A stretch of 64,000 nt of DNA, from contig JAMDHS010000009.1 of assembly GCA_029717555.1 (NCBI GenBank), positions 1-64,000 of the forward strand. Direction: 5' to 3'. A program made the translations under genes and the position numbers. Source of the DNA: Peribolospora baueri. Taxonomy: Eukaryota. The notes under the pieces are model-generated. The model had not been told where the DNA came from. It was given only the letters and a program-made list of their open reading frames with translations, and did no database searches. Shown here piece after piece: positions 12,078 through 23,895 of the stretch (position 1 is its first letter; the number at the start of each line of letters is the position of its first letter).

Positions 12078-12758
12078 CCTCCCCTTTTTTCCACCGCCTT
12101 TGCCCCCCTCTCATGCTTTGACTGTTTCCCTCGCCGATTTGCGTAAACCAGTTATGTAGAACCAGATAATAATCGTACCATCCGCACGTGTCCGGCTAAC
12201 TCAGTGTCGCAGCATGCTACGAAGGCCCACAGAACGGCAGCCTGCGATCACCTCGATCACCTCGTGGTGTGGGGCGACATAACCAATGGGAACCACCTTG
12301 CCACTACCGTTCTGCCTTGTCTACCACCTAGCGTCTATGCTTTTTTCTTCCTTAGTTTTCGCCGTCTCTCTCATCTTGGGACACGCATGATGCCGGGTGC
12401 ATCTGCTTGGTTTTATGTAGCACCATGTGCGCCGCCTTCATCTTTTTCGTTTTTCGTTTGCATCATCGAATTCACGAGGCCGTCTATGCAAGTTCAAATC
12501 GGTTTATCGGCTATTATTAAGCGTCGCCAGCCGTGTTTCGATGGCTTTACCCGCCTCATGTAGGTCGTGTCATGCTCTGCTTCCACAGCGGTGCGATCAT
12601 GGATTCCATTTGGCTGTAAGATCTGTTGCCTCTCTTTCCCCACTCACCCGTGTCATTTTCACTCGCCAGGCTTTCACTTCTATCGATTCGACTCTTTCCC
12701 TCCATGTTCGCCTCGTCATCGTCATCGCCCACCTCGCGGCCACCGCCCTCGCCCCCGT

Positions 12759-14364
12759 TCACCTCTTGTTCCCGTAGCTATAGAAGCCTTCACCGGTCTT
12801 GCGACCGAGTTTGCCCTGACTCACTTTGTCCTCGAGCAGGCCGACGACTTGGACGGCTTCCTCGTTGATCTCGCCCGTCGGCACGCGGTCCTCCCTCCAC
12901 CCTTTTGCGATGTGGGAGAGGGTGTCGAGGCCGACGAGGTCGGAGAGCTCGAAGGGGCCCATAGGGTCTGTGCGAGGAAAGACGGAAAGGCGGTGGTGAG
13001 TGAAGGAGCAGGAGATCTTCTCAGAGATCCTCGAGCGTTTTTACGCCTACTCACAACCAGCGCCAAGCTTCATAGCGGTATCGACGTCCTCCATGCTCGC
13101 CTCGCCGCGCTCAACGAGGCGAATGGCCTCGAGCATGTAAGGCACCAGAAGACGGTTTACAATGAAGCTGTTCGCCCGACGGACGCAGAGAAAGATGGCC
13201 GCTCAGATTGAGTGGGGAAGACAAAACGGCACGGCCCAGAGGACTCACCCAGGCGAATCGGTGCAGGCAACTGGCATCTTGCCCACCTTCTTCGCCAGCT
13301 CCATCAAGCTGTCGAACGTCTCGTCCGACGTCTCAGGGATGCGAATCACTTCGACCTGCAAGTGCGAGACACGAAAGACGAGAGATCGGCATGCGAAGAC
13401 GGACAACGTCCGAAAATGGGGACAAAGCTGCCATGAAGCTCACCAGTTTCATTTGCGGAACAGGGTTGAAGGCGTGGAAGCCTGGAGAGGGAAAATGAGC
13501 CAGAAAGGGTCCGTTACCTCTGTGTAGAGGCAATGGACACTTTCAATGTCGTTGATTCTCACTCACCTCCAAACCTATCCATCCTCTTGGTCGCCTGAGC
13601 GACGTCCTTGATGCTCAAACTACTGGTATTGCTAGCAAAGACAGTCTTCTCGGGCGCTTTAGCATCGAGATAGCCAAAGAGGTCCTTCTTCGTCTTGATG
13701 TTCTCGATGATCGCCTCAATAACCAGATCGGCGTCCTGTACCGCCTCCTCGGCGTCCGTCGTCATCTTGATGCCGTTGACGATTCCAGAAACATACTTAT
13801 CAGACTCGGACTGCGCGTCTGGAGCGGAGGCGAACTTCTTCTTGGCGATGCGAGAGAGCGACTTCGAGATGATCGACCGTCCATTGTCCAAAGCTTGAGG
13901 GGTCACGTCCGCCAACGTCACTTGAAGACCAGAAGTCTGAGCCACCTGAGCAATGCCGGCACCCATGAGACCTGGAAAGAGGAGCATCGATCGGCATCGG
14001 TTCGGATCGCCCCGGGGAGCTCAGAGTGACGCTCGGCCTTCTCAGAACGAGACTAGGCTTTTTGGCTCACCAGCTCCAAAGCTGATTTTCCCGTACACAA
14101 GAGCGCCCAAGGCCACATTGAAAAGAGTTCAGCGCGCACCATCCGTGCAAGAACGACGACGACGACGTCTCTCCCTGCGCTCACTCACACAGTGATCTTC
14201 TTGAGCTCCCTAGCGTCCGAGCTCGTGCTCGCGAACCCCCTCGTGGCGACCATACCGACGCCGAACACGACCGGAGAGGACGCGCATCGTGCGAGGGGGA
14301 AAAGGCCGGATGCGAGCGTGGGGGTGAAACGGAGGGTGGACCTGGAAAGCATGGTGGAAGACAT
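12759..14364 (-). CDS. Mitochondrial 3-hydroxyacyl-CoA (3-hydroxybutyryl-CoA) dehydrogenase, multi-exon
   Basis: Presequence-like N-terminus; [70 protein letters not shown]. Confidence 0.93.
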
Positions 14365-14531
14365 GGAGATGGTGAGAAGTGACAAGCAAAGGAGCGAAGG
14401 GGGATCCCGGAACGTCGATTCGACCTCGCGCGTGATCGTGGCTGCACGTGATCTTCGACCGGGCATAATACGTGCCGGTTAGTCTCCTCATCCCCGGCTC
14501 CATCTCTCCTCCACGTCCTTTTCCGCCCGAC

Positions 14532-15393
14532 ATGTCCCTCGAAGCGGCGTCAGATGCGCGAAAAGCAAAGTTGCAAGCTTTGCGAAGGCGGAAAGAGCAG
14601 GAGGAGGCTGGCATAACGCCGTCGAACGAAGGGCTAGGGGGAGGGGCGGACTTGGGTGGGGGAAGGAAGGAGAAAATCAAGTTCCGGAACTATGACCCGC
14701 TGACGGGTACGGCGAAGAAACCTCAATTGGACGCGTTGGAGGATACGGTGGAGAAGGAAGTCATGGGTGTGCAAGAGGAGGTGCTCAGGGAGGATGAGGT
14801 GAAAAGAAAAGAGGAACTGGTGAGTCTTTCTCGTCCCTCCTTTCTTTCATTCCGACGGCGCCGTGTGGCGCGGCGCGGTGATGGCTGCGATGCGACAATG
14901 GAGAGGGGAGTTGGCTAGAGACGGCGTTCGGGGAGGGCTGACTGTCCAACTGGATCTCGTTACCCTCTACTATCACATGTTCAACTGTTGCTGTCGCCGA
15001 CCTCCACAGGACATCTTCAACATCGCGCCCAAGAAGCCGAACTGGGATCTGAAACGAGACCTGGAGAAGCGGCTGGCCAAACTGGAGCCCAAGACGAAGC
15101 AGGCGATCTACGTTCTCATCCGTAAGCGTCTCTTTGTTTTGCCAACGCTTGGCTTTAGGCGATGCGCGTTTATTGCGGTTTTTCTATTCTGCTTCACGGC
15201 AACCGCGTCACGCTGACGGTCCTCCCCGTTTCTTCCTTGTTCCCTTTGCCCCGCCCGCGCATGCTCTCGGTCAGGAAAACGATTGGCAGAAGCAAGGGGC
15301 CGGGAGGGTGGCGGTGGGGAGGCCGAAATTGCGGCGGCGGTGGGCGCGGGGGACGAACTGATGGAGGACGCGGACGAGTCAGATGAGGAGTGA
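14532..15393 (+). CDS. cwf18: Cwf18/CCDC12 pre-mRNA splicing factor, 3 exons
   Basis: RKAKLQALR, KFRNYDP, NIAPKKPNWDLKRDLEKRL. Confidence 0.9.
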
Positions 15394-15644
15394 CGTGTTT
15401 ACATACTGTCTCCGGGGTAGAACCCTTCTTTCTGAGCGGTCATCCAACCGTCAGGGAGCTCCGTGGGGTACTGTGCATTTCTTTCTTTTATCTACAGGGA
15501 TGTATCCACCCGCTCCGTCGCCTTTCGATATCATGTAGTCTGTTCTAGTACGAACCCTGGCACTCATTTGCACGTCTGATATCCGGTGTCCCGCGTTTCC
15601 ATCCCAGGGATATACGGTTCTAGGAGGCGATCTCCGTATACAGT

Positions 15645-17087
15645 CTACAGCGGAAGTGCGCTGGGCTTGATCGCGGCCGCTCCTTGCTGGGCGATGACGT
15701 TCCAGCCAGGGAAGACGTAGGGCAGCGCGTCCGGGTCAAGGTGGGGGAAAGAAGACTTGATGCATTGGATGAGGAGAGACGAGAGGATCTGGAGAAGGAC
15801 GGCGACCGAGGGAGAGAACTACGCTTGAGCATCCTTGCGCCGCTGGCAGATGCCCAATGCTCATCGGCGCCCGAGCGTGCTCACCTCGTATCCCTTCTGC
15901 GAGAGGTGCAACCCGTCGTACAGCAGCTCCGCCAGTCCCTCGTCCCTGCCTTGAGCGTGTCGTCCGGCCTCGTTTTCCAGCGCCTGCCAAAGATCGACGC
16001 AAGCCACCCCCCCGTCTGGTCCTGCCTTGCTGGCCACCTCTTTAACCGCCTCGGCATACCTCCGCGTCACCTCTTCCTCTCGATCCACCTTTCCTTCGGT
16101 CTTGTGCTGTGGGTGGTCGGGTGGGAGGGAGGCGAAGTAGGCCTTGCCGGCTACGACGGAGATAGGGGGAGGAGTGATGAAGATGATCTTGGCGGAGGGG
16201 CAGTGATACTCGGACTGAGGGGAGTAGAGAAGGCCTAGGATCGTGTGCAGGTTCTCTTTGAAGCGAGGGAGAGGGACCTGCGCATGGGGAAAGCAACGGA
16301 AGAGGGGTAGATTCGTTGAGAAGGCACACTTTGGGTTTGACTTGGACGTCGCCTATCCTACAGAGCTCACATGCTGGACGTTGCCCTCGATGCAAGCGTC
16401 GTTGGCGCCGAAAAAGATGGTGATGAGTCGAATCTTGCTCTTGGGTTCCTCCTTTGGAACGAGGAGCTGCAGTTGGCGAGGAAGGGATTTTGACGAGATG
16501 GCGCAAGCCCCTAAGTTTAGGTTGAGATCCATTCACACGCGAAAAAACCGGCCGTCGAGAAAAGTAAAGCGCGACAACAGCAAGGTGAATAATGAAAAGA
16601 GAGCTCGTACCTGCTTCAGGAGAGGAATCGCCCAGTCGGTGTTGTAGCCTGGCGGAATGACCGAGCAAGCGGAGGATGAGTTCACGCCAGGCGGATAGGC
16701 TGGCCGGCATCGAGGAGGTGCGCGGGCGACTGGTCTCACCGCTGAAGCCGCGCTGAATGACTTCAAGTTTTCGGGCGTACACCTGGTGGAGAAAATACGC
16801 TCGTCAGACGCTCCCGACCGGCCGGTGTTGCTGCCGATGGTCGAGACAGCGAGGTGCGCAAACTGACCTCGGACAGTTTTGCAGCAAACCCGCCGGGCCT
16901 ATAGGCGTACTCGGTGAGGCTGTCTCCGAAGAGCAAGACCGAATCCTAGACGCCGAGGTTAAGAATGGGGGCCGAGCGGGGAAACGTGGAGGGATGGGTG
17001 AGCTGGGTCGGTGGCCCTGCGTCGAGCTGTCGAGCCGGTGTTGAACGACAGGAGGTGATGACTCACATACACAGGTGCGACGGACAT
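15645..17087 (-). CDS. IAH1: SGNH/GDSL hydrolase, isoamyl-acetate esterase IAH1-like, multi-exon
   Basis: LLFGDSLTE, YARKLEVIQRGFSGYNT, IFFGANDA, DGLHLS catalytic blocks. Confidence 0.88.
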
Positions 17088-17334
17088 GGTGACCTCGACA
17101 GAGCGCTGTGAGATGGAGTAGATGGCGAGGGAGACAGCGATGGTTCAGCTCACGCTCGTTATCTATCGACGAGATCGGTCCACCCGCCGAATATCGCCGA
17201 GCCCGTGATCGAAATTGCTTGCGCCTGTTGATGACATCGTTGGCGACCATCTTCGAAGCCATCCGTCTCGTTCGACGGTAGAATGCTCACGCCCCCGTCA
17301 ACGAGCTGTCGCCCCCGCCCGCGGCACACCCCCG

Positions 17335-19202
17335 ATGGCCCTCCCACCTCTGACGCCGCCTTTCCGCTTTGGCATCGTAGCCTCTTCCACCTCCCCTCCC
17401 AACGGCGACTCCACCCCCGCGCTCCAACAAGCCCGCCAAACGTTGTACAGGGGCGCCTATCCCAAGCAGCGCAACCTCCCCTTCCTCTCCCGCCTCCACC
17501 TGCGCACCGTCATCAGCCTCACTCCGAAGCCGCTTGCTGGAGAGGCCAGGACGTGGGCTGACGAAAAAGGCGTGCGGTGCGTCTGGGTGAAAGTGGAAAA
17601 GGTGAAAGAGGAGGAGACGGTGGATCTGGATGTCAAGCGCGTCGTCACAGTTTTACAGGTGCGTGGAAGAGGGCGAGGCCCTGTTGGAAGGCGGACAGGC
17701 GCTCGCTCCATTTGGCAACTCGCTTTTAGTTACTGGAATCGCTCGTACTGCATCGCTCACACACAGCCCGCCCGCCCCACAGATCATCACGCATGCTCTC
17801 TCGCTCCCCCTCTACCTGCACTGTCTCGATGGCGTGGACGTCACCTCCCTCGTCGTTGGCTGCCTGCGCAAGCTTCAGGCGTGGACGCATGCGAGCATCA
17901 TGGCCGAGTTTTCCAGGTGAGTTAGTGGCATCCTGGCGTCCTGTGCGTGTGCAATGTGCGGCGTAGCGCACCGGTTCGTCTGCTCACTGGACCGCTCCCC
18001 GACTCCCTTCCTTGGCCGCCGAAAGATATCTGCGCGACCCGACGTCGAACCCTCCCACGATACCCTCCAGCCATGGGCTTTTCATCGAAAAATTTCAACC
18101 GTACCCAGTCCCGCCCTCCTCCTCTCCTTCCCCCGACAAGACCGCTTCTACCGGTGTGCCCACACCAAATCCGGCTGCTGTTGACGGTGGTCTCGTCCTC
18201 TCTCCTCCCGGCAAGCTCGTCCGATGGCTCTGGCCTTGGCCTTCACCCGGCCATCCACTCTTTAACCTCTCTCAGGTGCAGGTGCAGCAGAAGGGCGAGC
18301 GCGACCGCGACAGGGACAAGGATCGGCCAGATGTGCATTACGAAGCTCCGGTCCGAAACGGCGGGGGAGGCGAGCCGAGGTCGGAGCAAGCGGGAACGAC
18401 GACGGACGGGTCTGTTAGGAGCGAGCAGCAGCAATCACAACAGTATGGGAAGAGGCGGAGGAGCGAGAGGGAGCCTTTGCTCGCTGGCGGGAGCAAGGCA
18501 GCCCTCTCTACCTCCTCTCGACCGGCTTCCGCGCGCGAGTCTACCGCAGAGACGTCAGTGGCAAGGGGTGGGGAGGCCAAGGCGAGGGCGGAGACAGGGG
18601 AACCATTGTCGTCGCGTATGAGCGACGATGGTGTTGTTGTCACCGCTCAAGCTTCGTCGGCGTCGACGTCAATTTCAGGCTCTACCTCCTTACAACGAGC
18701 GAGGACGACGTCCGGGGAACAGCTGCCCAACATTGACACCGAGTGGGTCGGAGGACGGCGGTTAAGTCGAATGGAGATGGCTGGAGTTGGGGAGGAGATT
18801 GGGAGGGGAGAAATAGAACGCTGGCTCCCGGAGGCCGCCCATACGGGATCGGAGGACGTTATGCTTGTTCCAGGCGAGGCTCGAGGTGGGTGGGATGGCG
18901 AGAAGGGGGAGGAGACGGGGCAACAGCGGGAAGAAGTGGAAGAGGTTGTGGAGGAAAGAGAAAAAGTAGAGGAGGAGGAGGAAGAGAAAGAGAAAGAGGA
19001 GGAAGAGGAGGAGGAGAAGGAAAAGGAGGAGGTGGTGGTGGAGGTGGAGGAGGACGAAGAAGAAGAAGAAGAGGACGAGGAAGAGGAAGAGGAAGAGGAA
19101 GAGGAGGAGGAGGACGAAGAGGAGGACGAAGAAGAGGAAGAGGAAGAGTCAGTCGATCCGAGGTCGCTGATGATCGAGGCGCTGGACTTGGAAGGTTATT
19201 GA
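17335..19202 (+). CDS. OCA6: Oca6-like tyrosine-phosphatase-family protein (Siw14/Oca group) with long acidic tail
   Basis: LTPPFRFGIV, LYRGAYP..RNLPFL..LHLRTVISLTP, LYLHCLDG..VTSLVVGCLRKLQAW. Confidence 0.8.
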
Positions 19203-19568
19203 GGGTAGTCTCGCGCAGAAGACCGTCCTGGCTTCGTCGCTGGCGCACAGGTTTACGGTGCTTTTCCGTAACGTATAGCGATGGCCATCCCTCGTCCGTA
19301 AGGTAGTCTACTAGCTCAATCGGGTGTTCCTCCCTCAAGCCGACGAGAACTGGATTCGAATGAGAGCGAGGATCGTTGTTCCACCCCAGACACCTGAGGT
19401 GGCCCGAGCGTCGCACCGGCCGCAGTAAGATTTCGGGGAACGGACGCCGTCCTCGACCGACCTCTTCGATCCCCGCCGTCGATGCTGCGAGTGACGTCCT
19501 CGACCTTTGGCTATCCCACTCTCGTTTTCGCCCGAACACGACTGGGAGGAGGGCGTACAAGAAGAATA

Positions 19569-20623
19569 ATGACGGACCATGCGCCCACATTCTCCCAACA
19601 GCCGGCAGGACGAGCGTCCGTTTCCACCGATGCGGCCGCGCCGGTGACGACGATAACTACGCACCAGCAGTACATCACGTCGGGCCTCGAGCGCTCCTCT
19701 CTCCTCCCATCGCCCATCGCCCAGTTCAACGCCTGGTTCCAACACGCCATGCACAGCTCTCCCCGGGTCAAGGAGCCGGAGGCGATGACGCTCTCCACCG
19801 TCGCCTTCGACCCGCGCCACCCCGAGCGGCCCCCCGTGCCGAGTTCGAGGGTCGTGCTCCTGAAGAGGGTCGACCCGAGCGGCTTCGTCTTCTTCACCAA
19901 CTACGAGTCCAGGAAGGGCCGAGAGCTTTTCCCTGATCATGCCGTGACCTCGGATTCGTACGCCAGCCTCTGCTTCTATTGGCGCGAGCAACACCGCCAG
20001 GTCCGCGTTGTCGGTCGCGTCTCCAAGCTCCCAAGGTCCGAGTCCAAGGCCTACTTCGACAGCCGGCCCGTCGGCTCACGCGTGGGCGCGTGGGCGAGTC
20101 CGCAGAGCGCGGTGATCGAGAGCGGTGAGAGGAGCAAACTGGAGGAAATGGTAGCGAAGCAGGAGAGGAGGTTCTTTCCTCGCTCTGCGTCCGTGTCCAC
20201 GTCCGACGACGACGACGGCAGAGGAGATCGGCCACCCAAAGGGAAGGAGGTGGACGGGGACGGAGAGGGAAAGAAGACGATTGAGGAGGAGGAAGTCGAC
20301 GTCCCGCTGCCCGACTTCTGGGGCGGCGTCAGGGTCGAGCCGGTGGAAGTGGAGTTTTGGATGGGCAGAGAGAACAGATTGCACGATCGGTTTCGGTGAG
20401 TGAGCCTGTTTGAGAAGTGCCACTTCTACGACGACTCCGCCTTCGCTCTGACTGACCCGACTTGGCGCCGCCCCGTATTCCGTCTCTCGTTGCCGCCTCC
20501 CCTTCCCTCCTGAACTCCCCTTCCGTTGCGGCAAACGACAGGTACACGTGGGCGGACACGGACGCGGATGCGGATGCGACGGCGAACGAGCGCAAGTGGA
20601 AGGTCGAGCGGCTGGCACCTTGA
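19569..20623 (+). CDS. PDX3: Pyridoxamine/pyridoxine 5'-phosphate oxidase, 2 exons
   Basis: EPEAMTLST, PSSRVVLLK, FFTNYESRKG, RQVRVVG, SRP..SR.GAWASPQS, EFW.GR..RLHDRF, terminal ERLAP*. Confidence 0.95.
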
Positions 20624-21236
20624 ACGTAGACGGACGGGACGGGAAGGAACAAGCTGACGGCGGGAAGTCGAGCGTGTTGCGTAGGGTTAGAACTGGCCTA
20701 GTCGTCGTCTGTCTAAAGGCGGACCTGGAAGGGCAGAACAGTCGTGGATTCGCAACGGCATCGGACGCGGACCGCTTCCGGAACCAGATAGATAGATGGA
20801 CAAGGCGAGGACGACGACGACGAGAGAAGAGCATGTCATGGAGGAGGCATCGACTCGACACGAAGGCAGCATAAAAAACCCTAACCTTTGCATGACCCCG
20901 ATGCGACGAAGCGCCGGCGCCCTCGGCGAGCGACGGAATGTGGGCTGAACTAGAAGTACAGATGAATGAATGGATGGATGAAAGTGATGGGACGTCCCGG
21001 AGAAAAGCGGACAGGTGGATGAAGCAAGATCGTTGGACCTAAGTGAAGCAATTGGATGAGAGAGCGAAATGTGCGTGTATGTGGGGGAGGGGGGGAAAGG
21101 GGGTATATCGGAGATGCATAGTGATCAAAGCGGGCGGACAGAAAAGGGAAGCTCTAAAAGCGACCGGTGGAGATCGGTTTGTGGATCGCGGGTGTGGTGT
21201 GGAAAACGACGTGACAGGGGGAGGACGGACTGGCGA

Positions 21237-23478
21237 TCAAGCGGAGAAGCGAGGCTCGACGGACGGGAGCGTCCAGTCGAGATGGGCACGGCGCGCCGCC
21301 TCGTCCACGAGACAGCGGCCCCAGCAGACGACGTGAGGCCATGCGGTGGTATCGTCGACCGGCCAAGCAAACTCGGTTCTTCGTCTCCGAACGCCGTCCG
21401 GGTCGGCCTCCTCGCCCTTGTCGGGATGGAGCGTCGAGGCGCAGCCAGACGCCCACGTGGACGGGAAGCGCTCACGAAGAGTCGACGTGGGCAAGTAGCG
21501 GCGGAACTTGGAGAGCAGACGGCGGACGCGAGAAGGATCGTCGACGAGAGCGGCGTCGATGTCGCCCGGTTTAGTGGGCTTGCCGGACGACAGTCGGACG
21601 CGCAATCGGTCGCGGTCGTAAGCGTTGACGTGTTGCAGGATCAGCGCTTCGACGAGGTAGCTAGAGGCGCAGAGGAGCGCGGCGCGTCAGTCGCAAAGAC
21701 CGAGATTGAACACGGACGGCAATGCGCGAGCTCACCATACGCCGAGGAAAGCCGTATGGTCTTCTTGCTTCCACCTCTCTCTGATCACGTCGATCGAGTC
21801 GTACATGCTCTCCCAGTCTTCGATCCTTCGCCCCTCGTCTTTCGAGTCACCTGCGAGCTTGGCCGCCCTATCCTCGCACCAGAAGGAATAGGCGAAGAGG
21901 AGAAGAGCATCGGTCTGCTCGAGGACGGCGGTGAGCGAGTCGTGTGGTTCGGGAGAAGAAGAGCGCATCCGGTTGTCCCCGGCGCGCTTCTCGGCCGTGG
22001 CGGTGCAATAGTAGCTGCATGATAGATAGCGACAGTGAGCGTGAGATCCGGGGAAGGACTGGAACGAAGAAACATTCACTCACGCCTTGGCGAGTTGTAG
22101 ATATCTCTCTCTGGTCCAACCACGTCCTTGTACGGCCTTCGACGGTCCGTCGTCGTCGTCGCCCCCAGGCACGCCAGCGAGAATCGGTTTCCTCCTTGCC
22201 TCGCGTCCGCGTTCTTTCAGCTGGGCTGACCTTGCGGCAGGAAACGGTCGTAGACGCCTATATGGACAGCGAAGACAACGGTAAGCACAAGAGATGCGGC
22301 CGCGACAGCGTGGAAAAAAACTCACTTGACCTCTGCTGCGTCCTTGTCCGCTTCGTCGTCTGCCTGATCGCTCGCCTTGCGCTTCACTGTCGACGCCTTC
22401 CTGGAATCTTCTGCCGGCGACGGTACGTGCTTCCGTTTGGGCGACTCCGGGGCTGACGGAACCGTAGGGTCGATGAGAGACGGCAGTCTCGCGAGCAGCT
22501 GACGGCACGAGGATGACGTCAAGTCAGAATGGATGGCGAAAGAAGAGCCGATCGGCGTTGATGCTCACCTTCAATCGCCGCTCAAGCTCCTCAGTAGGTA
22601 TGACCCTGGAGAGTAACGGGACCGTTCAATGCGGAGGCCCGAGGAGCGACGTATGACGAGCCACGGCAAGGGATCTTCGCGTGGTCGACTCACTTTGTGT
22701 AGGCCTTGCCGTCCCAGGCAATGCCGGGAGGCAGCGGACGAGAGCCAGGATGGTGGCCGTCGCCATGAAAGGAGGCCGGCCCAACCGCCATACCGAGGTT
22801 GCCGCCCGGGCCAGAGACGATGCCGCCGAGGGCGAGGCCGAGGCCGAGGGCGTAAGAGTCTGGAGGAGTGCGGAGCGAGGAGAAGGAAGAAGGGGTAGTG
22901 CCGGCGGCGGTGCTACTGCTGGCGGAGGAGAGGGGACCGGACGGGGAGACTGAATGAGACGCGCTGCGTGGCGATGGGCGGGCGGACCGAGAGACGAGGT
23001 GACTGGAGCCGGTGTAGGGCCTGGAGCCGTGGCCGGAAAGAGGTGGAGGGTACGGGAGAGAGTACGGCAGGGGAAAGTAGTGAAACGGCGGAAAGAAGTG
23101 TCCGAGCTGGTGAGGTTGATAGGAAGGGAGGTGGGAGGTCTGTTGGTTGTGAGCGTCTGTCCAGCCAGGATGTTGAAGAGGGAGTGAAGGGTAGGCCGTC
23201 AAGGAAGGCGACCCGTGCCTATCCAATGGAAGCTGTCTCTGTCGATCCTGTTGAGCTCCTCCATTGCTGTCGACGGCGGGCGAAGCGCTGGGTGTGGACG
23301 ACGTCGGCGGTGCGTCTTTGAGCGAGGGTGAGGCCTTGGCCGGACCTTCGAGCGCGGGTCGCGGAGGACGACGCCATGGGTCGCCGTCAGGATCGACGAT
23401 GAAGGGGTGTCCCTCGCCGGCGGCGGCGTGCTTGGAAGAGAGAGGCGAGGGTCTTATAACGTCCTGGGTGGTGGGCAT
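21237..23478 (-). CDS. Hypothetical protein with disordered N-terminus and helical C-terminal domain resembling the AF4/FMR2 (AFF) C-terminal homology / Ebp1-like domain
   Basis: About 6 exons with canonical splice sites. C-terminal YLQLAKAYY..A.AEKRAGD...AVLEQTDALLLFAYSFWCED...W.S...FLGVCYLVEALI...RFPSTW...WP..PHVVCWGRCLVDE. Confidence 0.55.
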
Positions 23479-23895
23479 GGCGGCCGCTCAGCTGACGGAA
23501 TCGAGAGTCCGGGTGGTGGGCCCCTCTCTCTATCGGCGGGGCGAGAGGCGGGGAGGAGTAACGGGGGATAGAATCGGAGGGGAGAGAGGACGCCGGGACG
23601 GAGTCCGGGCAGAGAGCCACGGACGGGCCGGTGTGGGGAAAGGAAGGCCGTGGTTATGGATGATGTCGATGCGAGAGGGGGGAGGAGAAGGGAGGAGGAA
23701 AAGGGAATGGAATGGACGTCGGGACAAAAACGGCGGTGCGGGATGGCGAGCGGAGGTGGTGGAAGTGGAGGATCCGTGGTCACGTGACATAACCAAGACT
23801 GAGCCAGCCGGAGGAAGATTTGGCCACCATTCTTGCACCGATCCGTGCTCCGAACGGTAAGACGTAGACAGCAAGAAACAGGGCACCCATCGACG

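Noticed and set aside
5711..20623. PKS + hydroxyacyl-CoA dehydrogenase + SGNH esterase + PDX3 as a biosynthetic gene cluster
   Set aside because: The neighbours look like standard housekeeping orthologues interleaved with a splicing factor and OCA6; no cluster regulator or transporter is present.
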